64,000 nucleotides of DNA from a virus (taxonomy: Duplodnaviria > Caudoviricetes): positions 1 through 64,000 of IMG/VR virus record IMGVR_UViG_3300037400_003374. The stretch is one strand, 5' to 3'. The number at the start of each line of letters is the position of its first letter. The stretch's first letter is position 1. This document shows positions 26,437 to 37,558 of this stretch, piece after piece. A program made the position numbers and the translations under genes. The notes below the pieces were generated by a model, which saw only the letters and a list, made by a program, of their open reading frames with translations, did no database searches and was not told the origin of the DNA.

Positions 26437-27534
26437 TTAGTGATTAGCAGTACCGTCATCTAGAGTTGGAATTAGACCCTGGTTGTATGCAGCCCAGCCG
26501 CTTCCATCATCTAGAGCACTATTGTAATAAATACCCCAATAGTTAGGAGTAGTGAACATACCAATACCAACTTTTACATAGCCCTGAAGAGTGAAAGAAT
26601 TGTCGCCCTCGTGGTCATCCCATTCACGGAAATATGGAGAACCTTCAAATGCCATCTTAATGAGCTTTTCTTTACCAGCGGGTAAGACATAAGCAAAGGA
26701 TGGATTCATAACAGTCTTAGAGTTAGTTTCATCGGTGAAAGACTGAGGCATAACAATAACAGATACGCCCTGGAATTTACCAACATAGCCACGTTCACGG
26801 ACTTCCACCATATCCTGATCGGAAATCTTTGTTGTAGAATTGTACACAATGGCGTTTACCATTTCAGCGGCAAACTCAGGTGTGCAATAGATAATTGGAG
26901 TACCATAAGCAGCAACAGTGTTGCAAAGTTTCTTCATAGCTACTGGATTGAAAGAGTTTGCAGCAACCTTATTGCGAGCAGGGCGTCCAGCAGCATTCCA
27001 AGAAGCAAGTAGTACTTCCTGAACCATCTCAAATAGACGATCAACAATACCTTCCTGGATAACTTCATAAATATCAGTCATAGATTCAAGGCCATCAAGA
27101 TAACGCTCGAAGTCCACATATCCAGCGCCACCAATGGCCTGAATGTAGACGTCAAAACGATCGCGATCGAGACGGAATGTTTCATAGTTACCAGACTCGG
27201 TAGCGCGAGTAACGAACTGCTTACCCCTCTGCTTGCCACGAGTTACGCGGAACTCAGGACGAGTGCCCTGTGCAAAATGAAGGGTTTCAACGAACATATC
27301 AAGAGCAGACTGTACACTCTGTGGTAGTACTTCTTCAAGATTCTGTTCAAGTAATTCAAAAATGTCTTCCTTGTTACGATTGAAGACGTGACGGTTGAAA
27401 TGTTTGCCGTCCTTAGTCATTAATTTAGCAAGCTCATCACGAAGAGCAGCTTCATAATCATAATCGGCGGCTGCGAACTCAGCAGGAACTTTACGTCCGA
27501 ACACGCCATTCATCAAAATCTGTAGATTATTCAT
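26437..27534 (-). CDS. Major capsid protein, 365 aa, no TAG
   Basis: Intact ORF, GGAGGTG RBS, strong codon bias, size and position typical of the HK97-fold capsid in an SPbeta-like head module. Confidence 0.82.
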   Translation of the reverse strand: MNNLQILMNGVFGRKVPAEFAAADYDYEAALRDELAKLMTKDGKHFNRHVFNRNKEDIFELLEQNLEEVLPQSVQSALDMFVETLHFAQGTRPEFRVTRGKQRGKQFVTRATESGNYETFRLDRDRFDVYIQAIGGAGYVDFERYLDGLESMTDIYEVIQEGIVDRLFEMVQEVLLASWNAAGRPARNKVAANSFNPVAMKKLCNTVAAYGTPIIYCTPEFAAEMVNAIVYNSTTKISDQDMVEVRERGYVGKFQGVSVIVMPQSFTDETNSKTVMNPSFAYVLPAGKEKLIKMAFEGSPYFREWDDHEGDNSFTLQGYVKVGIGMFTTPNYWGIYYNSALDDGSGWAAYNQGLIPTLDDGTANH

Positions 27535-27551
27535 AACGTTCGCACCTCCTA

Positions 27552-28202
27552 TTAAATTCTGATGATCTGATACTTAACGCCAAGACCACCATTAGGAATG
27601 GTATAGAACTTTACGATCTTGCCATAAATACCGGATTGTGGAATATTCTTAACAATTTCTGGAATTGCATTAGCCACGGAAACAGTTTTATTCTGTTCAA
27701 CAGGATGAATAGCAACATATAGAGGAGTAGTATCAATCGCCTTTAGAGCGTCTAATAACACTTGCTCTGCGGTCTTGCCATTAGCGGCTGGGAAAGTGGT
27801 GTCATCATACTGTAAGCAGTTAGTAGTTACAGTGTCGCCAACGCCTAGTAAGCCTACACGGGGATAATCCCCAGCAACCTTGCGGCCAAAGCGTTGTAGA
27901 CCATAATGCATCATATCATATTCTTTTTCTGTGGTATATACAATACCAATAGGGGCAGAAGTCGCGGCAGTTGGTGGATTAATAGCACCAGCAGCCTTAT
28001 CACCTACAACCCACATACCATTTTCACAAGGATTAGCCTTGGTGAATACGGAACCTAGTGGTACCTGAGATACTACCATACCAGTCTTTGGGAAAGCCAC
28101 CTGATTTAATTCTAAGCTGGCATATAGTTTTTCATCAGGATCACGATACTTATCGACCATATCCCCAACGGGATTGGTGATTGGAAATCTTGTTAAAGCC
28201 AT
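27552..28202 (-). CDS. Capsid decoration/cement protein (putative), 216 aa, no TAG
   Basis: Intact ORF between scaffold and capsid genes, AAGGAGG RBS. Confidence 0.65.
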   Translation of the reverse strand: MALTRFPITNPVGDMVDKYRDPDEKLYASLELNQVAFPKTGMVVSQVPLGSVFTKANPCENGMWVVGDKAAGAINPPTAATSAPIGIVYTTEKEYDMMHYGLQRFGRKVAGDYPRVGLLGVGDTVTTNCLQYDDTTFPAANGKTAEQVLLDALKAIDTTPLYVAIHPVEQNKTVSVANAIPEIVKNIPQSGIYGKIVKFYTIPNGGLGVKYQIIRI

Positions 28203-28216
28203 AATCGTTTTCCTCC

Positions 28217-29473
28217 TTAATTTTTGCGATACTTCTCAATTAGAAGTGCAAATTGATTAACAGCAGGGTCTGGTAGTGGAATAGTCTCAATTGGTTCCTC
28301 ACTGCCAGCAATCTGTTTATTAGCAAAACTAATAGCGAGTTTGCTTTCTAGTTCGCTATAAGAAAAGTTAGAAACTTCACTACGAATTTGGGTAATTTCT
28401 TCTTCGTCAATGAGTTTTTCATATTTTTTAATGAGCTGATTTTTCTTTTCTTCTTCTATTGCGGCTTTTTCAGCTTCATACTGAGCAATAGAGTTTTCTA
28501 ATTCAGTAATGCGATTGTTTGCGGTTTCAGTCGCGGCGGTAGCATCGGCTAATGCCTGCTCCAACTCAGCGATCCGACTCTGAGCATTCTCGTAATTAGT
28601 AGTTAGCTCAGCATTCTGGTTAGTTAATTCCGTAATAGAATTCTGAAGAGCTTCAAAATCAACTGGCTCAGCCGCAGGTTCTGCAGCAAGTTCAGCCTCG
28701 GGCTCAGCCGCAGGGGCTGGTTCTTCAACTTCTGGTTCTGCTACAGGTTCTATAACTGGTTCAGTTACAGGCTCTTCCGCGGGAGTGCCTACGCCTTCGT
28801 TCAAATCTTCCATAGGTTGTTCTCCTCCCTTTTGTTTATGTTCCGCCTCTTCAACTTGTTCCTTTAAGCCGGATAAAAGTGAAGAGAACTTTTCATACTG
28901 TGAAGCGTAATTATTGTCTTCCTTAGCAAAGAATGTAGATACAGAAAAACAAGGTTCATGTTCGCCAATGATACAAAGCCCCATAATGGATGCGCTTGTA
29001 TAAACAAAATATTCTTGATCGTTAATTTCTCCCCAATCCCCTTGGATTGTTTCCCTATCTAGTTCCATTGATTGATGTTGACCCACAACTAACTTTGCTT
29101 CATCAAAATACTTATTAAATAATACAACAGAAAATACAGCATATTCACGTTCAATGCCATCTGTATCTGTAAAAGGTTGCCATCCCTCAAATGATTCTAC
29201 ATAACCATAAGCGCTAGCCAGCAATGGGCCAGTATGTCCAGCCCAGCTTTTTGATTCCGGGTCAAAGAATCCAACTACGGGAGTATTCCCGCGTGTAGCG
29301 CTAGAAATTAATTGTTCTGCGACTTCATCCGTAATATAGGAACCATTACGATTCCCATATTTAGTAAAAACTCCAACCTTTAAACGGCCCAATTCTGGAT
29401 TGTCGCTAGAGATAGGCATCGTAGGAGAAGCAATAACTACGCTATCGAAATAAATAGGTATTTGCTTATTCAT
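28217..29473 (-). CDS. Prohead protease/scaffold protein, 418 aa, no TAG
   Basis: Globular N-terminal part (N-R-N-G-S-Y, QSMEL), Pro/Glu/Ala-rich linker (EPVAEPEVEEPAP) and coiled-coil C-terminus; lies between portal and capsid genes. Confidence 0.7.
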   Translation of the reverse strand: MNKQIPIYFDSVVIASPTMPISSDNPELGRLKVGVFTKYGNRNGSYITDEVAEQLISSATRGNTPVVGFFDPESKSWAGHTGPLLASAYGYVESFEGWQPFTDTDGIEREYAVFSVVLFNKYFDEAKLVVGQHQSMELDRETIQGDWGEINDQEYFVYTSASIMGLCIIGEHEPCFSVSTFFAKEDNNYASQYEKFSSLLSGLKEQVEEAEHKQKGGEQPMEDLNEGVGTPAEEPVTEPVIEPVAEPEVEEPAPAAEPEAELAAEPAAEPVDFEALQNSITELTNQNAELTTNYENAQSRIAELEQALADATAATETANNRITELENSIAQYEAEKAAIEEEKKNQLIKKYEKLIDEEEITQIRSEVSNFSYSELESKLAISFANKQIAGSEEPIETIPLPDPAVNQFALLIEKYRKN

Positions 29474-29484
29474 ACTTATTCTCC

Positions 29485-31014
29485 TTAACCCATGGCCGCT
29501 ATATTGGCCTGAGTTTTCTCAGATTTTTCCTCATCAGGCAATGCTGGGCGGCCACCCTAGTTCCCCGCACTTGCTGATGCAGTTTTACTTCCTCCACTAC
29601 TTCCGCTCTTCTGTTCTCCATTAGAAGAAGTTGTGTAAGACGACATCAGAGGAATCATCTTTTCTGACATCTTGAGGAAATCATTTTCAAAGTTCATTAA
29701 GCTTAATTGTGCCAACTATTTAATGCCGCTAGCTACACCAGCACGCATCTTAGAATAACCATACTGAGCACCCTAAAAATACATACTCTAATAATCTTTA
29801 ATATTGAACATAGTAGTGGGTAAAATTTCAAAATCAAATGTTAATCCAGTACGCGAAAATTTTAAATTAATCTCATACTTTATCCAAGTACTATACATGT
29901 TCAAATAGCTTTTCATTAGACTTTCATCTTTCTTAATACTGTAAGCAAGCGTTGAACTATTTTCTGCATTAAAGAGGATTGAACCTCTACCCAGGGCATT
30001 CCAAGCATTCTTTGCATATTTATCGATACGGTCTGCGGATTGCGAAGCCGCAGAGGAATCCTAGAGATTTTCAAGAGATGTTTCACCAAAAGTGGTTAGA
30101 ACATCAACCGTATCTAAGTCCTAAAGCATAGTTGCGACGCCTTCATGAAGATCTTCTACTTCTGGTAATTCAAATACCAGTTCACCCTCATTATCAATAG
30201 GCATACGTTGGATTAATAACTTATGTAATTCATTCTCATCACGCTTTTCTTCGCGTCCAACTGCGTCTTTAAGCTTATGCAACCGTGGAATTGCTGCGAT
30301 TAATAATGGCGTTTGATCATCCGAAAAACAGAAGTTAATGCCGCCGTCGGCGGATGAAATCATAACCCAAGGATCTGCGGTTCTCTTTTCTTTCCAGTAC
30401 TTCCAATGTTTTTGGACTATCTCTGGATATGATAGCAGAACTTGCGCTCGTTCTGCATCATCATGAAAGACCCGCTCAAAATAGGTTACGTTAAATTCAA
30501 GAATATTTAAGTTATTAAAATCCTTGAATCTCGTGCGGCAGTACTCCAGTGGAAGGTCCTGAATGGAAACTCTGTCGCCGATTTGGCGCAAAATTCCATT
30601 ATACATACCATTTATTAACCAAGATTTTGTGATACGCGTGAATGTGTTTTTCGGATCAAGCCTATCAACAAAATCGCAAGCACTATAGAATGCTTTAGTA
30701 ATCTAAGCCTTTGAACCTTTTCCTTCTTCAAAAATAGGGGTGACAATTGTATCGTAAAAAGGTAAGGTGGCTAAGTAGTCAATATTTTCGCGATATTCAC
30801 TATTAGTACGATAGTAATAGCGAGATAACTATCGTAATAAGTCTAAATCGCCAGCACGAATTATATCTTCAATTTCCTCAATCGTAAAATCATGCCAACT
30901 AACAGGATTACTCCTTGCAGAAGAGCTGTAGCGACCAACTCGGCTGCCATCAATCGGCACCTTAAACGCTCGATTGTTTTTGGCAAATTGAACATATGGC
31001 TTAAAATTTTTCAT
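29485..31014 (-). CDS. Portal protein, ~509 aa, TAG=Gln
   Basis: GGGGGTGAGG RBS. Track ORFs 30829-31023 and 30121-30606 share a frame. Ends ...GRPALPDEEKSEKTQANIAAMG, TAA at 29485. Follows the terminase. Confidence 0.82.
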
Positions 31015-31019
31015 AAACC

Positions 31020-32810
31020 TCACCCCCTATTTTTAGGACTGAAGAAAGCATATTGTTTTAACTTTTTCCTCCGCTTTTTAAAAATTTCTTTATCTTCATA
31101 GTATTTAATTCTATATAAAGAATATTCTAATGCACTAAAGCGGTCTTTTTCAATAGAGCGAGAAATTCGTTCTACTTTATATTTATTTTCTACTCCCGTG
31201 GGCTTCAGCCGCAAATTGTTAAGTTCGTCCATAAGGCGAGAAGTCATTTCATATGGGAGTAAGAAAACACGCCTATCGTAGGCAGACATTTTCTGTCCTT
31301 TCTTTGTTTTCATCAATTTATCCTTGACAATGCGCTCATGCGCCAAAAATGACACAGAGCCAGTGTTTACAGCAGTAAGGAATGCCGCATGGATAGCATC
31401 TTCATTTGATGCGCCAGCCTTAATATCATATAATATAGCATTATATGCGGGGTTTGGCTCTTCCTATTCAACTTTTAATTCTGGCGGCAAATGGTTTTCG
31501 TTATTAAAGGTATAATAGGCCGGAAAAGATTCGCCTGTCTTCTAATCATAGGAAGGAACTGCCATAGCATCCATTAAACCAATGCCCGGGCCGTTACCGT
31601 CAATTACAACCTCACGCGGATTGTATAATTGAATTAGTTTTTTAATGCGCGGAGCCTAGTCTGTAATATAGTTGGCGCCATTAATAACTTCGGTATAAAC
31701 TACGCTTTTTCTATAGCGCTAATCATTTGGATAAACTTTAATAACCATGATGGCAGTATTCGCGCTATAGCGGCCAACGTCAACACCAATCTCATACCAA
31801 GCATTCGGACATGTATCACTATAGTAAGCATGGCGTTCGCATTTAAGTAAAGAGCGATGCTTATTTAAGCGGCGTGAGTCAAGCCATGCATCGGAGCTAT
31901 TGCCGCTCCAAATTGATAACGATTCTCGCGCAAATGATTCCTCGCTTACAGTATTGGAATAGCGCTGGTCCATTAGGGTTGCTTTATCTAGAAGCCCGTA
32001 ATGTAGGGGGACCTCATAAGACAAGCCCCAAGAAAAGTATTCCTTTGGCCGCAATACTGCGTTTACTGTTATCTCTATTAATTTCTAATACATGAATACA
32101 GTGCGTTCGGCGGCAGTAGTGATGAAAATCTGGGAGGCAGATGGTTCTTCTGGATTGAGAGTACCATCAACTTCACGGCGAGCAATGTTCATTTGCGGCC
32201 ATAGGACTTCGTTAAATGCAACTTCTTCAATAAGCGCAGCTTCTTCCAATATAGCGGAAGTTGCACGCAAACCACGAGAAGTATCTTTAGAGACTACCGT
32301 AATGACGGATTTGTTCTTTAGCCGAATTTCATAGTAATTGCCGCTAGACTTAATGCCGGTTTTACCGTCTTCTGTGCGGGTTGCCAACTCCTTTTCTAGG
32401 AGAGGCCAATGCCTAAATATTTCCGCAAATTTCGCTTCTGCAATTTTAATAACCGTGCCTTTTACGTCAGAAGCAATCATAATCGTGGAGCCGGGCAGCA
32501 AAACCGCTTTAACAATTGCGCCGAGATATGCTGTAAAGGACTTGGATGTAGCGCGTGTAGCAGTCCAAAACGTGTAACGGTATCGCATTGCTGCGCGAAG
32601 TTCTATGCGCTAAAAGGGCAGCAAATGAAAGTGTTGTGCATCTGTCCTATCCTATATCATATCTAGCCAAAGGTCAGGATACAGAATCCATAGGTTAAGA
32701 TATTTTGTAAACAATTCTTGATTATCGTCTAAAAAATCTTTAGTGAGGATGACGCCTTTTTCAATCGGGATGCCGTCGCGCATTAGGGTCTCCTGTTGAA
32801 ATTCACTCAT
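31020..32810 (-). CDS. terL: Terminase large subunit, ~596 aa, 7 in-frame TAG
   Basis: Adenine-binding LLPFQR motif (Q encoded by TAG), Walker A-like ATRATSKS, Walker B ILEEA, nuclease IGVDVGR and VIDGNGPG motifs; three track ORFs join in frame. Confidence 0.92.
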
Positions 32811-33756
32811 CCTACTCCCCTCCCATTAGCTCTTTCTCTAAACTGTCTTCGCCTTCATACTCGATGTCGGCGGTTTCATCAAACTCAACCTTTTCATTTT
32901 CAATTTCTTCAAGGCGCTCAGTCATATTGTAGCGTGCCTTGCGGTCTTCTACCTACTCGGCAAAGTTGCCTTCATTGCGGACTAGCCGCTACAAATAATT
33001 TTGAATATTCTCCATCATAAAGTCAATGGAATCTTGCGGCTCAGTATGATAATTTGGGTGCCACCCTTTCTTTCCATAGTATACCATGAGTTCACCAACT
33101 GACTCAAAGTCTGCTGCGGACTTGGCATTGGAGGCCTCGAAGTGGTAGGTCTTTACGATGTCGTCGGCCTACTTCATCATCTTAGAAACATCAACGTTTT
33201 CGCGCAGCCCCTACTTAATATGCCATTGAAGCTCACAAAAGTCACGGGCCTTTTCCTAAAGAATAGGAGTGGAAACGTTTTGCGTTGCCACGATTTTGTT
33301 GTAGAAGTCCTCAAGCCAAAGAAGTTCATCGGCCTTATAGGTTGGGCCCCATACCTTCTTGAGGCGTTTCATTTTGGCCTCTGAGATTGCCTTAATCTCA
33401 TCATCAATGGTACCCTCTTTTCGCGCCAATTCCCACCGCGCATTCTCATCTTGCCATGTTAATGTCGAATAGTGGTCATCATACAGGAGATTGAAGTACG
33501 CGGTAAAGGTATGGTCCTTGTATTGCGCATAAAGTTGGGTCCATTTGTTAAGGTCCAGCGGCAAGTCCAACCAGCGCATTACACGATCAACTTCACCAAG
33601 ATTGTCTTGTGGAGTAGTTGCCTCAAGGCAAGAGGTACAGAGATAGGACCTATGGCCGGGAAAGAAGCGCGATGGCGTATATTGAAATTGTTCTATGGGT
33701 TTTTCTTGCTTACATCTATAGCATCGTTTCGTCTTTTTTTCTTCCGTCATATTCAT
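32803..33756 (-). CDS. Zn-finger protein (CYRC...CTSC), candidate terminase small subunit, ~317 aa, TAG=Gln
   Basis: Track ORF 33256-33765 extends through six TAG to TGA at 32803, overlapping the terL start. Function inferred from position only. Confidence 0.6.
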
Positions 33757-35017
33757 TCTACTCACCTCTTCTTATGCGGCGTTCGCGCTCACAATCGCGG
33801 CAGCAGGATTGGAAGCCATCCTTGCGCCCGGAGTTCTTGGTATAGAATAAGGGGTGCCGCGGCAAGGCCCGTTTGCATTGTTTGCATACTTTAAGTTCCG
33901 ATGGCGGCGTTTCGCAAAGAATGCGATGCTTTTTCGCGCAACGTGCAATTTCTTTTGGGATGTCGTTGGCAATAAGGGTACTTAAATAGTAGGCATTGTA
34001 GGTGAAGCCAAATTCCTCCTGCAGTTCTTGGCATATTTGCTCGCGCGGCATTGCCTCCATTACCTTATGGACAATGGCGCGGCGCACGGGCGTTAAAGGT
34101 GTCATATCCACATAGCGCTCTAGGTCCCAGAGAAGGGTGCGCCCATACGTATTCAGCTTTTCCTTTAATTGTTCATAAAGGGCACTATAATTATTCATTA
34201 AGGCGTACACATGTTTGTAGTTTTCCCAGTCAAAGTCGTGGCGGCAAACTATCCATTTTACTTCTAGGTTGGGCGCTTCGCCGCGTGTTTCATAGTCCTC
34301 TAGGCGCTAGGAAACAGTATGCGTATAGGAGTGAGAAACGCGGTATTCCCATTCTTCATAGGGTATCCAGTAGGCGCAGGCGCCGTCCCATTCGTAGAAT
34401 TGGGGCTTGGGGCGGTCTAGTGCCAAAAAGTGCAACTAGGGCTTGTACACGTCCTTCAAATAGTATTGGGTCCTCTTCATATCCACGAGGTTATGCTTGA
34501 GACGGTATAATCGGTAGTCGTCCTCAAACATAAGAAAGCCCTCTTCTGGAGGGAGCTTGCCCGATAGCATATGAACCCACTTGTCTAGGTGGTCAAGGCG
34601 TTCCCAAAGTTCTACCATGCCGGGGATGTCGGCATCTCCGATATCAATTAGTTCGCCAGTTTTTTTGTCGTACTTGGGACGCTAGATAGTGGGGACCGAT
34701 TTCTTATAAATGTCGCGCTTGTATGCACTGCGGAATTCTTGCTCGTCGGTAGCGGGATTTTCAAGTATTTCATCCAAAGAGAGAACATAATCGTCGGAGG
34801 TTTTGAATGTATTATAGCGTTTTGAATTATTATAAATTTCTCCACGCTTTAGAGAGGATAGGCCGTTTTCATCCTTGCCGTATAGTATGTAGGTGGCCAT
34901 TTGTTCTAAATCTTGCGGCGAAGGGTCCTTGTTTAGGGTATCTAGAATACCCTTGACTAATTCAAGGCGGTCGGTGTCTCTTTCTATAGTGTAATCTAAT
35001 GAATATGGTTTTTTCAT
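33710..35017 (-). CDS. Hypothetical protein, ~435 aa, C-terminal Zn finger (CKQC...CCRDC), TAG=Gln
   Basis: Track ORFs 34682-35017, 34436-34618 and 33758-34210 join in frame through five TAG; AAGGAGGTG RBS. Confidence 0.68.
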
Positions 35018-35043
35018 TTGATTGCAACACCTCCTTTATTTTA

Positions 35044-35073
35044 ATTGTATCATATTTGGTGATGGGCTGTCAA
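35044..35073 (-). promoter_or_regulatory. sigmaA-type promoter for the leftward operon
   Basis: TTGACA-N18-TACAAT with TG extension, upstream of the RBS of the gene starting at 35017. Confidence 0.65.
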
Positions 35074-35431
35074 GTGTTTGGGTTCAAAAATAAAAAAGTT
35101 GGTGGAATTTGGCTTCATTTTTGAAAAAGTTGGTGGAATTTGGGGACGGCCCCTTCGGGTCAAGCGTGTCAAGCTCAAATTTTCCTGAAAGCTAGGCCCC
35201 GGACCGCTGGGAGCGCTGGACGCTGGGGCGCTGGGGCGCTGAGGTCCGTATCCGTAACCCTCCGCGCAGCTTTGCGCGACCACAATTTGAAAAAGAAAGC
35301 AAGTCTAATTTCATTTTGGTAAACCCTCCGACCCCGCTGCCCGCTGTTTTCAAATATGGTAAATTTTTTACGTAGGGCGCTGTTTGCGCTTCGCGACATC
35401 ATTGGTTATTATATTCCAACGGGGCTTACGA

Positions 35432-36110
35432 GTTAGTTATGACTAACTAACTATTATAACAAGGGAAACGGGACGGCCCGGTTAGTTATGACTAACTAAC
35501 TAATAGTACTAAGGACAAGTAGACCTCCGGTTAGTTACGACTAACTAACTAAGCGTACAAAACTAGTTAGTTATGACTAACTAACTTATGTCGGGCACTG
35601 CGGGACCGGTCCCGTTGTCGCGAGTACGACACTAGTTAGTTACGACTAACTAACTACTCGAACGGCGCTGTGGCAAAGCAAGAGTTAGTTATAACTAACT
35701 AACTATTATAGCGGAGGCGCAGACCTCCGGTTAGTTATGACTAACTAACTAGTACGTTACTAGTTAGTTATGACTAACTAACTATAGGTAGGGCTCCGCG
35801 GGACCGCACCAGTTAGTTATGACTAACTAACTATTTATAAGTGAAGTGTACGTCACTAGTTAGTTATGACTAACTAACCATTTTGTAATTAAAGCGCACG
35901 ACACGAGTTAGTTATGACTAACTAACTATTATAAGGATAAAAGAGTAGCGTACAGGTTAGTTATGACTAACTAACTATTATGAGAGCAGTGACGGAACGG
36001 ACCAATTAGTTATGACTAACTAACTATCAGGTGGCGCGCAGGTTAGTTATGACTAAGTCACCATTTTATGGTTTAACGTTAAACCGCAGTTAGTTATGAC
36101 TAAGTCACTA
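35432..36110 (+). repeat. Repeat-spacer array: 15 copies of ~22-bp GTTAGTTATGACTAACTAACTA with unique 11-47 bp spacers
   Basis: Copies start at 35432, 35481, 35530, 35566, 35635, 35684, 35730, 35763, 35812, 35859, 35907, 35956, 36005, 36042 and 36089. Most spacers are 24-27 bp. Confidence 0.9.
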
Positions 36111-36161
36111 TTATGCAAATATAAAAGCATAGGCTTTTCGCCTATGCTCTCTTTGTCGTTC

Positions 36162-36347
36162 TTACTCTCCGCATGCCATGTATCTGAATGCTTTTCCTTC
36201 CCATACTTCGATGCTTTCTTCATCGGTGAACTTGTCTCCGCCCTCTTCGGTGTAAAGCTTTTCAGCCGTTGCAATTGCACTCTCTAATGTGGTTGCGGTT
36301 GCGATGGTCTCTACTCCGGTCCAGTCTCTCATGATGATTGTAAACAT
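36162..36347 (-). CDS. Small hypothetical protein, family A (MFxI...EESIEVW...ACGE), copy 1
   Basis: Own promoter and RBS; paralogous to 36926-37111 and 39675-39860. Confidence 0.75.
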   Translation of the reverse strand: MFTIIMRDWTGVETIATATTLESAIATAEKLYTEEGGDKFTDEESIEVWEGKAFRYMACGE

Positions 36348-36480
36348 TGTTTTGTCCTTCTTTCTTTTTTTTTGTTCCCTCTCAGGAACTGTCTATATTA
36401 TAGCGCCGATTTGATTTTTTGTCAAGCACTTTTTTTAAAAAAGGGAAGGAAATTTTTTTCCTTCCCTTTTTCCTTCTTTC

Positions 36481-36795
36481 TTATAAGTCTTCACCCATTT
36501 CAGATTCATAGCAATCAGAGCAGATATATTTGCCTTTTTCAAAGTCACAGCACCAAGTTTCAAGAGAGAAATAATCAACCTTTTCCTTACATGCTTCACA
36601 GCAGAATACCTTTTCACCGCGGATTGCAGAGCCATGGAACAGTTCCTTGTAACGTTCAGTCTTTACTTCATCGTCATAGGACCGACGTACCATTTTTCCG
36701 TTGCGCTTGTAGTAGTGCGGGACACGTACAGTTTTCTTTTCTTCTTCATGCATCTCAGCAACCAGACCCAAAACCTTTTTTACTTCAGCTTTCAT
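36481..36795 (-). CDS. Cys-rich (CxxC) hypothetical protein, family B, copy 1
   Basis: MKAEVKK...CCEACKEKVDYFSLETWCCDFEKGKYICSDC; near-identical paralog at 38641-38955. Confidence 0.75.
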   Translation of the reverse strand: MKAEVKKVLGLVAEMHEEEKKTVRVPHYYKRNGKMVRRSYDDEVKTERYKELFHGSAIRGEKVFCCEACKEKVDYFSLETWCCDFEKGKYICSDCYESEMGEDL

Positions 36796-36925
36796 TTTCT
36801 TGTCCTTCTTTCTTTTATTTAGTTCCCTCAGGAACTGTCTAGAGTATATCATATGTTGTCCGGCTTGTCAAGCACTTTTTTTCATTAGAGAGGGAAATTT
36901 TTTTCCCTCTCTTTTTACCTATCTT

Positions 36926-37111
36926 TCACTCTCCGCAAGCCATGTATCTGAATACTGTCCCTTCCCATACTTCGATGCTTTCTTCATCCGTGAATTCGTC
37001 GCCGTTCATCTCTTTGTAAAGTCTCTCAGCAATCTCAATGGCCTTCTCTAAGGTATCAGCGGTCTCCATGGTGTCAAATTCTTCCCAAGTGTTGAATCCA
37101 ATCTCAAACAT
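36926..37111 (-). CDS. Small hypothetical protein, family A, copy 2
   Basis: Paralog of 36162-36347; own promoter. Confidence 0.75.
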   Translation of the reverse strand: MFEIGFNTWEEFDTMETADTLEKAIEIAERLYKEMNGDEFTDEESIEVWEGTVFRYMACGE

Positions 37112-37246
37112 TTTCTTGTCCCTCTTTCTATTTATTGTTCCCTCAGGAACTGTCTATATTATAATACCAAGTGTTATTCTTGTCAAGCACTTTTTTCAAT
37201 TTTTTAAAAAAAGTTTTCAGCTTTACCGGAACGGCGTAAGTAACGA

Positions 37247-37460
37247 GTTAGTTATGACTAACTAACTATTATGTCATTATAATGGTAGTGCACGGGTTAG
37301 TTATGACTATATCACTATTATTAAAGTATCACTGTAGCGCACAAGTTAGTTATGACTATATCACTATTATAGTTTAACGTTAAACCACAAGTTAGTTATA
37401 ACTATATCACTATTCTAGTTTAACGTTACACTATAGCGGTTAGTTATGACTATATCACTA
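37247..37460 (+). repeat. Variant repeat-spacer array, 5 copies (four are GTTAGTTAT(G/A)ACTATATCACTA), period 46-49 bp
   Basis: Copies at 37247, 37296, 37345, 37391 and 37439; spacers carry the palindrome GTTTAACGTTAAAC or a variant. Confidence 0.85.
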
Positions 37461-37558
37461 ATGCGGTTTAACGTTAAACTTGTCTATGCCGTTCCGGAGA
37501 GACAGAGATAAAAGTATAACTATTATACAGGACAAAAGAAAAGGCATAGCCTTTTGGG

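Noticed and set aside
729-35017. Treating the many short minus-strand track ORFs as separate genes or a decayed prophage
   Set aside because: They share reading frames and are broken only by TAG; conserved motifs span the TAG codons.
35050-35402. Overlapping GC-rich ORFs on both strands
   Set aside because: No RBS, low-complexity translations from CGCTGG repeats, and they overlap the late promoter region.
35432-36110. Calling this a bona fide CRISPR array
   Set aside because: The repeat is short (~22 bp), spacers range 11-47 bp, and no cas genes are in the window. The same core recurs as tandem and single sites elsewhere, which fits a protein-binding site better. Kept as a repeat.
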